Shown here: positions 54,609 to 64,000 of the stretch, one piece after another
Layout: every line of letters starts with the position of its first letter
Position numbering within the stretch: the stretch's first letter is position 1
Assembly: GCA_946965045.2 (NCBI GenBank)
Contig: OX337232.1
Span: forward strand, 2,728,001-2,792,000
From: Epithemia pelagica
Lineage: Eukaryota > Protista > Bacillariophyta
DNA: 64,000 nt
Direction of reading: 5' to 3'
Notes under the pieces: generated by a model
What the model was told of the DNA's origin: nothing
Databases searched by the model: none
What the model saw: only the letters and a program-made list of their open reading frames with translations
Made by a program: the position numbers and the translations under genes

Positions 54609-55339
54609 CGGCATTAGGATTCTGACGATAACAAATCAAGTTGTATTGTGGGTTTTCCGTAGGGAAGGGTTGGAAATGGAATCTCTGTGGTTGTTCGGTC
54701 AACTTGGCCACAAGAGCGGCATCGTTCTGTTGGTGTTGATGGATCGTCGCGTAATCGACGGGTAATGGTTGATTTGCGTTGATGGGAGGATGATTGAGGT
54801 AGACATCGATCAAATCCTCATCCATGAAGATGGGAGATTCGAAAGCGTCGGGATCACGCGAGTGATGAGAGCGGGGGTCATCATTAGGGCCATGAGGCAC
54901 TTGCAACACTGAGTGTTGTCCGCTATGATCATAGAGCGATCGTGGATGCGGCAAGGCATCCGTAGAGGAGGTTGACGACGGAGAGACACTCTTCTCCTCC
55001 TCTTCAGAGAGAGGGAGACGCGACAAGGCGTCGGCGATGACATTGTCCTGGCCAGGGACGTAGTGAAAGATAGGGTTATACTCCTCGAGGAACAACCGCC
55101 AACGGAGGACCCGCTGCGAGTTGAGAGTAGCGTAGGGAAGATTTTTATGGTCCGTATGGACGTGCAGTTCGGCACAGCCGAGAAGCATGGAGCGGAACTC
55201 CTTAAGGGTTTCGACAATGGAGAGTAACTCCTTTTCCATAGTAGTGTAGTTGCGTTGAGCAGGGTTTAACTTGCGAGAGTAATATGCGACCGGAACGTCT
55301 TGTTGCATGATTACAGCGCCAAGCTGGTAATCAGAGGCG
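54609..55339 (-). mobile_element. 731-bp internal gypsy pol fragment (RNase H region), homologous to 2379-3109
   Basis: Colinear without indels with 2379-3109, with scattered substitutions. Flanked by AGTGACT at 54601-54607 and 55342-55348. Confidence 0.92.
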
Positions 55340-56796
55340 GCAGTGACTAGTGAGTAGCCAGCAACAACCAGCAACAAGACAAGCAACACAACATAATATT
55401 ACTCTAAGAAAGAGCGACGGGAAAGATGCTACCAGAAAGCATCAAAACAAGATGAAATGAAGGGTCTGATTCTCACTGTCCATTCGGGAGCGAGAAATCT
55501 TTTTTGAAAATTATACTATAGCCCAAGAGTATGACTAGACTACAGCCCTGGTGTAGATAAGGCCCAACGCAGTAGCGCATAGTAGGCTTGCTAAAAATCG
55601 ATACTCTGTTGTAGAGTATTATTTCTCGTTTTGGACTGGGCGTTTGGTGGTGAAGTGACACACGACGACAAACGATTCCCTATTCCTTATTGTAAATAAA
55701 AAGAATTCTCTTAGGGCCTAAGACTCTCAGTGGCTACTTCGGGAGGACCCGCGGGGACTGCGAGAAAACGATACTCTGTCTGTGATTTCATATGCCTTAT
55801 AAATACGAGCTCGTATGAGAGCCCCTTTGTTTTTGTCGCTTGGACGGCAGCCACTTTTCATCGGACTCAATCAATCAGTGAACCGTTAGTCGTAATTCAC
55901 ATTCATTGCCCATTCGACCTTGGACGGGATGTTCTCGTTGATTCACCGACTGCATCGCTGACGCATCCACCCTTGATTGTTCCAGTATTCACCAAGTGAT
56001 CATATGTCACTTAAACTTTCAATCACAGATTACAAAGAATGACTTTTCCCACGTCTTTATGTCGTGACTTAGAGTCCCGCACCAAACTGCGGCATCCAGT
56101 TGACGTCATGGCCGTGAGGTTGTGATGAAAACCTTTGTGTTGGTTTGCAGCTTTGCAGCAATGGATTCTCTTTGTTTTCTGGTCAATGGTCGACGAACAA
56201 TTCGAAGAAACACTGGCAGAAAATCAGGACATCTCCTACGAATCAATGACGCAAAGCCTAGTCCGCACAAAGCCACCGCCTCTGTAGAATAAAATACTCA
56301 TGCCACAAGAGATATCTATCGACAAACTACTGGAGGCTGTCTCTGAACAAAGAGCTTCCGCTGTAGGTGAATCTGAAGTGACTTCAACAAGTTGCTGATC
56401 TTTGTGTCATCGTTTTGCTCTTCTTGTGGAGCATTGAACATTGAATAGCTGCGTCCCTATGAGGTAGGAGTATTCACTCTTCGTAGTCTTGGTGTTCTCG
56501 TCTCGGGTTTTGTGGGCAGATTTTGGGGGATGAAACAAGTAGAAAGGTCCTTTCCCCATATTACACCCTACCAGAATCGACAATGGCGGCATGCCGGCCA
56601 CTAAGGTTAGGGTCTTTCTTTTCATTTTTGTTCATCCTTCATATAATATTTATCATTGTAGAATTCCGTTGCGAAGCTATTCTTTGGCGATGTTCACCAT
56701 TGTCAAGCAAGTCGTGCTATCAACTGCTTCCTGCAAACAGGAAATGGCAAGTCGAGATTCGTTCACCCTGGATCAACTGGCAGTGGCTCTGTGACA

Positions 56797-58626
56797 ATGA
56801 CGACACCCATAAAAATCAAGAGCAAGTCGAGGAAGAAGAAGCAAAGTAGGGCGAGACGGGCAACCACATCCTCTACATCTTGGTCGCTTTTGTTTGGTCG
56901 GCAGGATTGTGCGGATTGTTGGGAACAAGGGCATGTTTCAGGCGTTGTGTTGATATTTGTAATCATTGCAGCGCATACTTTGTTTACATGGTATCAGATT
57001 GTGCAGCACGACGCCGCATTGGCCACTTCCGTGTCGTCGGCATGGTCCACGTTGCAACGAGGACACGCTCCTGATCAGCACGTCTCCTTCGATCATCAAG
57101 TGCCACCAGATTCCGGTGACTCCTCCTCCTCCTTTTACTTTTATGACTTTGCAAAAGATCCGTCCTTGTCGTCGCAAAGTGACGGCAAGCATCCGGTGGT
57201 GATATTTTACAATATTTATCTACCTCCCGACGACGATGAGAAAACCCCTTTTCAGGGAAAATCACAATCTACTCTTCAACCATCTGGAACGACTCATCCG
57301 GTTGGTAACGTAACTACAATGCGAACCGTCCAAGAAAATGCATCGTCTGCAAATGGTGAAAATGATTTGATCTTGGATGCGCCTTCGATCTTTCGTTCGC
57401 AAATGGCACAAGTCACACGTTATCAACAAAATCAAAATACCAATGTTCAAACAGGGGGCGGTGGTCGAGGTGCTGCAAAGATCAAGGTGTATTACAACAC
57501 GATTGGACAAGACATGGGCACGATTGGACAGGACATTTGTGAGAAACATCATTTGGATTGCACACATATGCATCATTACGATCATGGGCACGAAGATGTC
57601 ACACTGCAAAATTTGTACGACTATTGTCACTCGGCCGAACCCACGGCACGGGTCGCCTATTTGCATGCCAAGGGAAGCTTTCATCCCACTGTATACAACA
57701 ATAAAAACCGTGTGACTGTGACTTTCTCCGTCCTCAACAAGTGTTTAGATGCCTTGGGCACAACTACAACATCCATGTCAACGACTAACACATCAATATC
57801 AACGACCAACGACACCAAAACTACTACTTCTACCACCACCACCACGACTTGCGACGCCTGTGGTGGCATGTTCGTACCCATTTGGGGACCCTTCTTTTCC
57901 ACCAATATGTGGTCTGCTCAATGTTCGTACATTCGGAAATTACTTCCACCCCGAGAATTTGCACGTCGCATGGAAACATTGAATCAAACCTTGCGAGGTG
58001 ACGGAACGAGTCCTGACTCAAACCTGAAAGGTAGAAGGACAAATGTGACTGCTTCCAACGCCACTCCTTCCATTGCACTGGAAACCGCATTGCCAATGAC
58101 GAAACCAGCGTTCCGATTCGACTTGATTGAAAATATTGGTCCGTACTGCATGGGGACGGGCCGGTACAGTTACGAGCATTGGATTGCTTCTCATCCATCG
58201 TTGCGACCGTGCGATGCGCGAGGTGTACGACAGGGAGCTCCCGCTGCACCTCGAGCACCCTTGGCCGATTCCATTCCGCAATGGAAGTTGTTGGATGGCC
58301 GTCGTATACGGCACGTGGTCACATCGCCACCCAAACCAGAGGTCAATAATTCCCAACAAGGTGGTCGTGGCGACTACCAAAAGAGGCTCGCTCGGTGGCG
58401 ACGCAATGAACGCGAACATCAGGAGGAACGACTGCAGGAATACTTCTTGTTGGGTGGATACCTCTTTCGCAGCATCTTTTTGTATCGTACCGTGCCTCCA
58501 CCTGATTCATGGGTGTGGTCATTTTTTCCGGACGGTGTGTTTTGGAAAGAGCAAACCGATCGACATGGTCTCGAGGTTGTGTCCAAGGTGTTCAATATGA
58601 CAAAATACGGAAGCGCAATAAAATGA
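56797..58626 (+). CDS. Hypothetical type II membrane protein, possibly glycosyltransferase-like
   Basis: N-terminal TM (VVLIFVIIAAHTLFTW) and motifs HEDVTLQNLYDYC, YLHAKGSFH, NMWSAQCSY, GRYSYEHW. Confidence 0.75.
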   Translation: MTTPIKIKSKSRKKKQSRARRATTSSTSWSLLFGRQDCADCWEQGHVSGVVLIFVIIAAHTLFTWYQIVQHDAALATSVSSAWSTLQRGHAPDQHVSFDHQVPPDSGDSSSSFYFYDFAKDPSLSSQSDGKHPVVIFYNIYLPPDDDEKTPFQGKSQSTLQPSGTTHPVGNVTTMRTVQENASSANGENDLILDAPSIFRSQMAQVTRYQQNQNTNVQTGGGGRGAAKIKVYYNTIGQDMGTIGQDICEKHHLDCTHMHHYDHGHEDVTLQNLYDYCHSAEPTARVAYLHAKGSFHPTVYNNKNRVTVTFSVLNKCLDALGTTTTSMSTTNTSISTTNDTKTTTSTTTTTTCDACGGMFVPIWGPFFSTNMWSAQCSYIRKLLPPREFARRMETLNQTLRGDGTSPDSNLKGRRTNVTASNATPSIALETALPMTKPAFRFDLIENIGPYCMGTGRYSYEHWIASHPSLRPCDARGVRQGAPAAPRAPLADSIPQWKLLDGRRIRHVVTSPPKPEVNNSQQGGRGDYQKRLARWRRNEREHQEERLQEYFLLGGYLFRSIFLYRTVPPPDSWVWSFFPDGVFWKEQTDRHGLEVVSKVFNMTKYGSAIK

Positions 58627-59106
58627 TGAAGGATACGTGTCGCAGGTCGCAGTTTCTCAACAGTTCGACGTTCGAATTGTCATTTATGCCGTAAGCCAAC
58701 CGGTCTGTCCTGCTCTGGTGTCGCATTCACCCTCATGTCTTTCAAGGACAACCGTGGTGACTCACATTTGTCAAAAAACCCTAGAGCAACATGGACATAC
58801 CTCCAGCATATGCGCAACTCTGGGAGAGCACAAACGACATCAAAGAGTTATGTATATTCATATATTCTAGGTCTAGAGCACTGTTTTGTTCTCCTTACAG
58901 ATATCATCTGGAACCAATTCTCTCAATCCCACCCATGATTAAAGAGTTTCAATTCTTGCCTCTCGCCATTCGAAAAGTTGGCTCATTAGCCAGTGTTCTC
59001 TAACCTGTTGTCACTTTCGTTGTTGTTTTGCTTCTGCGACAAGACAACGACAGTTCACAGACTGCTGATTCCTCCATGTAGAGACGGAACGGCTGTTCAT
59101 CGAGTA

Positions 59107-59712
59107 TCAGTCCCGACGAAGATTCATCAAGGATGTGGATTCAGAGGTCGTCGGATTCAACGGCGTAGAGTCGGAATCGAGGGAGGATGCGGCACGAACC
59201 TCCAAGCACGCACACACGAGACTAAACAAGGACCAGGATAGGAAAATCGGATCCATAATATACACACTCTGTTCAAAACATTCATAGACTGTGGTATCGT
59301 CTACAGTCAAGGACAAGTAGCACACCCAATTCCAAATCACTCCAACGCCCACGCAGAGAAATAAGGTGAGATTGGCGTAAATGGTGGGTCCCACAATCCA
59401 ACAAAGAACGCCCAGTCCGGCATAATTGGTAAAGGCCACTCGATACAACCACATTCGAAGAAGTTTTATGGACTCAGCGTCAGGAGAGGAATCGATGCTG
59501 CTCGGAAAGTAGCAATCAAAACTTGAGGAATCGGGTTGGACAATCACCAGGAGGCTTGTTAGTAAGAAGAAGGAAAGATAGGAATAGTAGCCAATTGCGG
59601 CAGCACGTCCCCATCCTGTCCTTGGCTGGTCCCATACTACGCGCTTGATCGTGCTGCCCAGGTCAAGGTTCATCATCCTGGTTGCAAGGTGAGGATCAGA
59701 GCGGCGTCGCAT
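59107..59712 (-). CDS. Hypothetical multi-pass membrane protein
   Basis: 201-aa ATG ORF with about four hydrophobic segments. Confidence 0.65.
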   Translation of the reverse strand: MRRRSDPHLATRMMNLDLGSTIKRVVWDQPRTGWGRAAAIGYYSYLSFFLLTSLLVIVQPDSSSFDCYFPSSIDSSPDAESIKLLRMWLYRVAFTNYAGLGVLCWIVGPTIYANLTLFLCVGVGVIWNWVCYLSLTVDDTTVYECFEQSVYIMDPIFLSWSLFSLVCACLEVRAASSLDSDSTPLNPTTSESTSLMNLRRD

Positions 59713-60031
59713 TCAGGATGAAGATGATCGCCATCGACGATGATGAAAACAAATGTCGGCATCAAATCTCTGACTCACTGCCAATCTACAGAATATACAT
59801 ATAGTAAAGTAGTATCTGTTTGAATGTAGGAAAGAGCATTCTGAACGGAAACTTGGAGCGTCTGCCTCTCCGCTTGGATTTTTGCGTTCTCGCCACATTT
59901 CTTCATTTTTCGAACCTCGGAAGGCTTCGGCAAACATGTCTTGAGGGACAACAGTTAAATCTCTCTTTTCTTTAGATAGAATTGTCGATAGAAAGTTTGT
60001 GAACAACAGTGACGAGTGCAAAGCTTTGGAA

Positions 60032-61639
60032 ATGAACCGAGCGCCGACCAGCAGTAAAACATTTTCTTTGTCGTCCGCTCTGGATCAAAGTGGGCCAGAA
60101 GGACTGGGAGCCGCTGTCGCCATGGGGTCCACCATGCTTGATTCTTTTTCCACTAGGGCAAGTGAAATGTGCACTTCCGCAAAACCAAATGGTCCATTAA
60201 AAGCAGGATGGTCTCGCGATGAACTTATTCAAACAATGAAATTTGTGACAATCGAAGACCCACAAAAGAACGTGCAAACGCACAAAGGATTACTCATGGA
60301 CGTTTCTAGTGGTACCAACAAGGACGCCAATTCTCCAAGATCGGACGACCCAAAGTTTACTAGGTGTAGTACGACATCAAAGTCTACAGAATCGTCCTCT
60401 TGGGACAACGCTCTTGGAACGTGGGATTGGTTCCATGACCGTGAGCGCATCCCAAAACTCTGCGCCGGGTCTCCTTTTTCTGCAAAGACGTGCAAGAGTG
60501 GTCGGGAGTCGAATGATGATAATCTTGGTACGGAAATAAAAGGATCAACCACCCGATATCAAGTTCCCACCAAAGGTTTAGAAACCAACAATGTGGAAAA
60601 CGACAGGGAACCAACGGATCCTAGTGGGGACGGGAACGAGACTCGAGAAAATGGGATGGACGACATGGCCGTGTTTCATCACGCAAAGGAATTGTCACGA
60701 TTTGGGTCGCCGCAGAATTGCAGTTTGTCCGAGCTTCGCAAAAACTCGTTGATTCCCGCAATATGTTCCACCAACTCATCTTGGGAAAGTGACAGCCTGG
60801 AAGAAATTGTGGCATTCGAGGTTCCGATCCACAGTGTCGTTTCGAATACAGAGCTAGAAGCCCCAACAGACTTTCCAACCCAAAAAGCACGCACATTCTC
60901 TGCGCCACGCAGCTGTAAAGCAGGTCTGGTGGAACCTCCTCTAGGAGCCAACAGTGAGAAAGGTCCTCTGAGAGGATCTCCGCAGCTCCTTTTCTCCAAG
61001 AGTCGATCAGTTCCTTCTCGTGTGCCCTCTCGGTCACTTCCTTGCGAGGTCGACGACCTGACAATGACACAACCAAGTCCCACATTGAGCAGTTATCAAA
61101 AGTCCAAACGAGAAGCTGAGGCTGGCAAAACATGCCTTGTCTTATCGACCTCACAACCCAGTGCACAGTTTGTGTCTTCCAATCGCATGGTTGACAATAC
61201 ATCATCGGGTGTCGTTCCAAAAACAATGGTCAAAAACAAGGTGCGAAAGCTTTTCCCTCGGCGAGAGTCTCGACCCAAGAACGATCCTCCCAAGCGCAAT
61301 GGCCTCAGACGTTGGCTCTTCTTTGGACGCAGAGGGAAAACGGCATCCGCGAAAAAGAATCAAGACCATTCACACATATCACAAGCATCGGGTAGATGGT
61401 CCAAACTCACAGAATCCCAACGAGTGGAGGGTCTCAAGGAATTCCCACAAGCAGAAGATAGTTTTTCGACTCTACCCCAAGAGCCAACCAAACAGAATGA
61501 CATGGCAGCTCATGACGATTCGCAAACACCCGAGATGGACGTGGTGGAAGCACTGTCAAAGATTGAACAAAATGTGTCCACGTTGTCTGTCACTTCCGTG
61601 ATGGATTCTTCTTCAGAAGAAGATGATATTCTATCTTGA
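60032..61639 (+). CDS. Hypothetical Ser-rich low-complexity protein
   Basis: Stop-free frame of ~540 codons. No domain recognised. Confidence 0.65.
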   Translation: MNRAPTSSKTFSLSSALDQSGPEGLGAAVAMGSTMLDSFSTRASEMCTSAKPNGPLKAGWSRDELIQTMKFVTIEDPQKNVQTHKGLLMDVSSGTNKDANSPRSDDPKFTRCSTTSKSTESSSWDNALGTWDWFHDRERIPKLCAGSPFSAKTCKSGRESNDDNLGTEIKGSTTRYQVPTKGLETNNVENDREPTDPSGDGNETRENGMDDMAVFHHAKELSRFGSPQNCSLSELRKNSLIPAICSTNSSWESDSLEEIVAFEVPIHSVVSNTELEAPTDFPTQKARTFSAPRSCKAGLVEPPLGANSEKGPLRGSPQLLFSKSRSVPSRVPSRSLPCEVDDLTMTQPSPTLSSYQKSKREAEAGKTCLVLSTSQPSAQFVSSNRMVDNTSSGVVPKTMVKNKVRKLFPRRESRPKNDPPKRNGLRRWLFFGRRGKTASAKKNQDHSHISQASGRWSKLTESQRVEGLKEFPQAEDSFSTLPQEPTKQNDMAAHDDSQTPEMDVVEALSKIEQNVSTLSVTSVMDSSSEEDDILS

Positions 61640-62262
61640 TACTGTATCGTGAGGTGTGTCGAAGTACAATAGTCACGGAAAAGTCATGTAGCCTCTCCTT
61701 GCCGGACAGGTTATCTGAGTAAATATGCTACCTATTGATCGTCTTCTACCTTCGTCGAATGGTTTTCATTCAAGGACGGGGCATAGTTAGTTCATGGATC
61801 CATCATCATCAAAGCGGGATTATTTGATGGCCCGTGTTTGGCAGAAGATTCTCGTTTCACAGGACAAATAAAAAATGAATGCTTTACTCGTACGTGTACT
61901 CCTACTCCTGGTTGTTTTTCGGTTCGTTCCTTGTTTGAACGAAGCACATGAAAACACCACGCATTCTTCACACAGAGTGGGAATGAGTCGTATGGATTGT
62001 TTGTTGCGCGTCGAACGGATTTTGTCAGGGGTGAAGCCCGACTGGCGCGAACGGCAGTCTCAACGGACATGACGAGCCGTCCGATCCATCTACGGGCCAA
62101 CAAATTTGGCCAAATCTGGAATTATGATCACAAAATCTCTCTCTGGGCCGAAAGAGACATTGACGATAAAATCACGTCGTCTCGTGCACGAACGTTCATT
62201 CTTCATTGATACTCTCACCTTCTGTTGAAAACGTGCGCCTTGAGAAGCCGTCGACTTTCAAC

Positions 62263-63753
62263 ATGCTGTTCGACTCAGCCGTCTCCTTTCGCCGCAAGGA
62301 AGATCCTCCAGGGAACTACTACCAAGATAATGAAACCGCTACCGCAACATCAAGTCCTTCTCAAACCATGACAAACTGTATCACGACGATGCAAAATCAA
62401 ATAAAACAGACAACCATGGAAGGTTGTCCGGACATTACGTCCAAACTCGAGCCGACCAAATCACAGCTCACTTCTGCCTTTTGTCTGCGACCACCAAACC
62501 CTTTTGTAATGGATGATGACGACGATGACGAAGATATCTTTTCTTTCGACTCGAATGAATCGGGTAGCAATGGTCCATCTGTTTCAGGGGGATTCGGAGC
62601 TGCCGATATGTCACGATTCAACAAGCCTTCCCCTCCAGGTGTGGGTCCCTGGACGGCAGCTGCTCGGAGAGAGCAGTTGGCCATGGCACTGAGTCATTGT
62701 ACTCAAGATGCTCCAAAATCTACCCAAAGTCAAATCAAGCAGGACACAAAACAAACCCCTCAGTCGAATCTTGAAGGCAACGTGGAATGCAAGAACTCCT
62801 CGTTAGTTCTGTCGAATCAACAGATCAGGCTGAACAACGACCTGCCAGTGGAGGAACAAAAGATCTCTAACGGGGTCAATGATGAAAACTTGGAGGCAAA
62901 CCAGACAGTGTCAGCGAAAGGAACGGAAAAAGTGATTCCATTGAATCATTTGCAAGAGCAAGGAAGGTCTTCGGCATCCAGCATTTGGAGAGCACATCAG
63001 GGAAAGAAGAAAGGGGAATCCCGCTTCAAGTTCCCATTAGCGAAGGATCTAGAACCTCTTCCAGTGTTGATTGAGGAAGAGTCCAGGGACGAAGCCATGG
63101 AACGGACTTTCTCGGAATCAACACTGTCAGAGGAATCTGCAGACAAAGGCCCCGGTGTACCTTCGCCTTCGTGGAGGAAACGTTTATTAGGGAGGAACTT
63201 TCGTGAGACTGGTACTCCATCGACGCCGATGCATTCCACTCTGTCTTCTTTTCGAGTCAAGTCTCTGTTTTCCAGAAAGAAACGTGAGTCTGTGCAGAAG
63301 ACTCATTTGCCAAAACCAGATGTGGTAGAGGTGGTCCACAACCTTCCTGCTCAGCAGTCGTCCACAGGTCCTGATCGAGCGCATTCCGAGGAAGAGGTCA
63401 TTTTCAGACGGCGTCAAAAAGATGGCTCATCCCGGAAACCGAAGCATATCACAAGAATTGTGGTTTCCCATATACCCTCGGAAGATGATACAATGGGGCC
63501 ACACCCGGTAGAACATACTGTACCTCCTCCACCGCCGATCGAGAACAAAACAGAGACAGTGAGAAATATATCTCGTTCAGAAGATGAAGATGTTCTCAAC
63601 AATGCTTCATCGTCGTCACAGTCCACCTATCCTGTTTTATTATCTCAGTGGATGAACCAAAACCATACCAGTAGTGAAAACCTGATTGGACTTTCGCATA
63701 TCACGCATTGCTTTGTCCCACCCTACGCTGCAACGTTGTTGGATGAAAACTAG
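62263..63753 (+). CDS. Hypothetical Ser/Glu-rich low-complexity protein
   Basis: Stop-free frame of ~500 codons. No domain recognised. Confidence 0.65.
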   Translation: MLFDSAVSFRRKEDPPGNYYQDNETATATSSPSQTMTNCITTMQNQIKQTTMEGCPDITSKLEPTKSQLTSAFCLRPPNPFVMDDDDDDEDIFSFDSNESGSNGPSVSGGFGAADMSRFNKPSPPGVGPWTAAARREQLAMALSHCTQDAPKSTQSQIKQDTKQTPQSNLEGNVECKNSSLVLSNQQIRLNNDLPVEEQKISNGVNDENLEANQTVSAKGTEKVIPLNHLQEQGRSSASSIWRAHQGKKKGESRFKFPLAKDLEPLPVLIEEESRDEAMERTFSESTLSEESADKGPGVPSPSWRKRLLGRNFRETGTPSTPMHSTLSSFRVKSLFSRKKRESVQKTHLPKPDVVEVVHNLPAQQSSTGPDRAHSEEEVIFRRRQKDGSSRKPKHITRIVVSHIPSEDDTMGPHPVEHTVPPPPPIENKTETVRNISRSEDEDVLNNASSSSQSTYPVLLSQWMNQNHTSSENLIGLSHITHCFVPPYAATLLDEN

Positions 63754-64000
63754 CCGAATTCCCTGTGTTACTTGTTGTGAAACCCTGTAGGTTAAGAGGC
63801 TAAGATTTCCGTTTATATATTATATGCTATGCCATTTTTCATGGATGATGGGGATTATTGATGCTTATCACAACTTGGGCTGGTACATCGAGAGTCAATC
63901 GTTTGGTGGGAAATTTGTTTTATCTCAATACTCCACGACAGTTCTTCTCGAAGATGTGATTAACTGTTTCGTTTGATATTATCTCACGTTTCCAATTCGT

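Noticed and set aside
1058-63626. Numerous antisense or overlapping ORFs in the track (for example 1327..1821, 27883..28563, 35094..35588, 61137..61601)
   Set aside because: They are shadows of longer ORFs that carry clear motifs; no independent domain evidence.
59999-63753. Paralogy of the two adjacent low-complexity ORFs
   Set aside because: They share only composition and basic patches; no alignable segment seen.
1-64000. rRNA or tRNA genes
   Set aside because: No recognisable rRNA sequence or complete cloverleaf seen by eye. tRNAscan-SE would be needed to exclude tRNAs.

Overview
This is eukaryotic nuclear DNA, most likely from a pennate diatom. The evidence is short GT-AG introns, an ASAF-type plastid presequence, a mitochondrion-targeted phosphoglycerate mutase, an HSF, a PS-repeat secreted protein and a CoDi-like copia element. 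The first ~27 kb is a transposon-dense, rearranged block. It starts with an intact but gag-less Ty3/gypsy pol. Next comes an ~11.8-kb element (6335-18100) bounded by 86-bp terminal inverted repeats with TTA on both sides. That element carries a Mutator/MULE-type transposase with one in-frame stop, a convergent accessory ORF of unknown function, and a 6.1-kb array of 34 x 179-bp units that vary almost only at about 7 shuffled biallelic positions. A 3.1-kb two-gene host segment is then duplicated, starting exactly at a related TIR-like end. From 27 to 48 kb and 56 to 64 kb are mostly ordinary host genes: an OYE pseudogene, PGAM, ERCC8/CSA, a GT32, an ankyrin-CAP-Gly protein, an HSF and hypothetical proteins. 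A decayed Ty1/copia element (48261-54525) has identical 113-bp LTRs lacking TG...CA ends and an apparent 4-bp TSD. Just after it is a 731-bp internal gypsy fragment flanked by a 7-bp direct repeat. The best candidate for an undescribed system is the TTA-flanked MULE with its accessory gene and satellite array. All family assignments come from motif recognition by eye; no searches were run.
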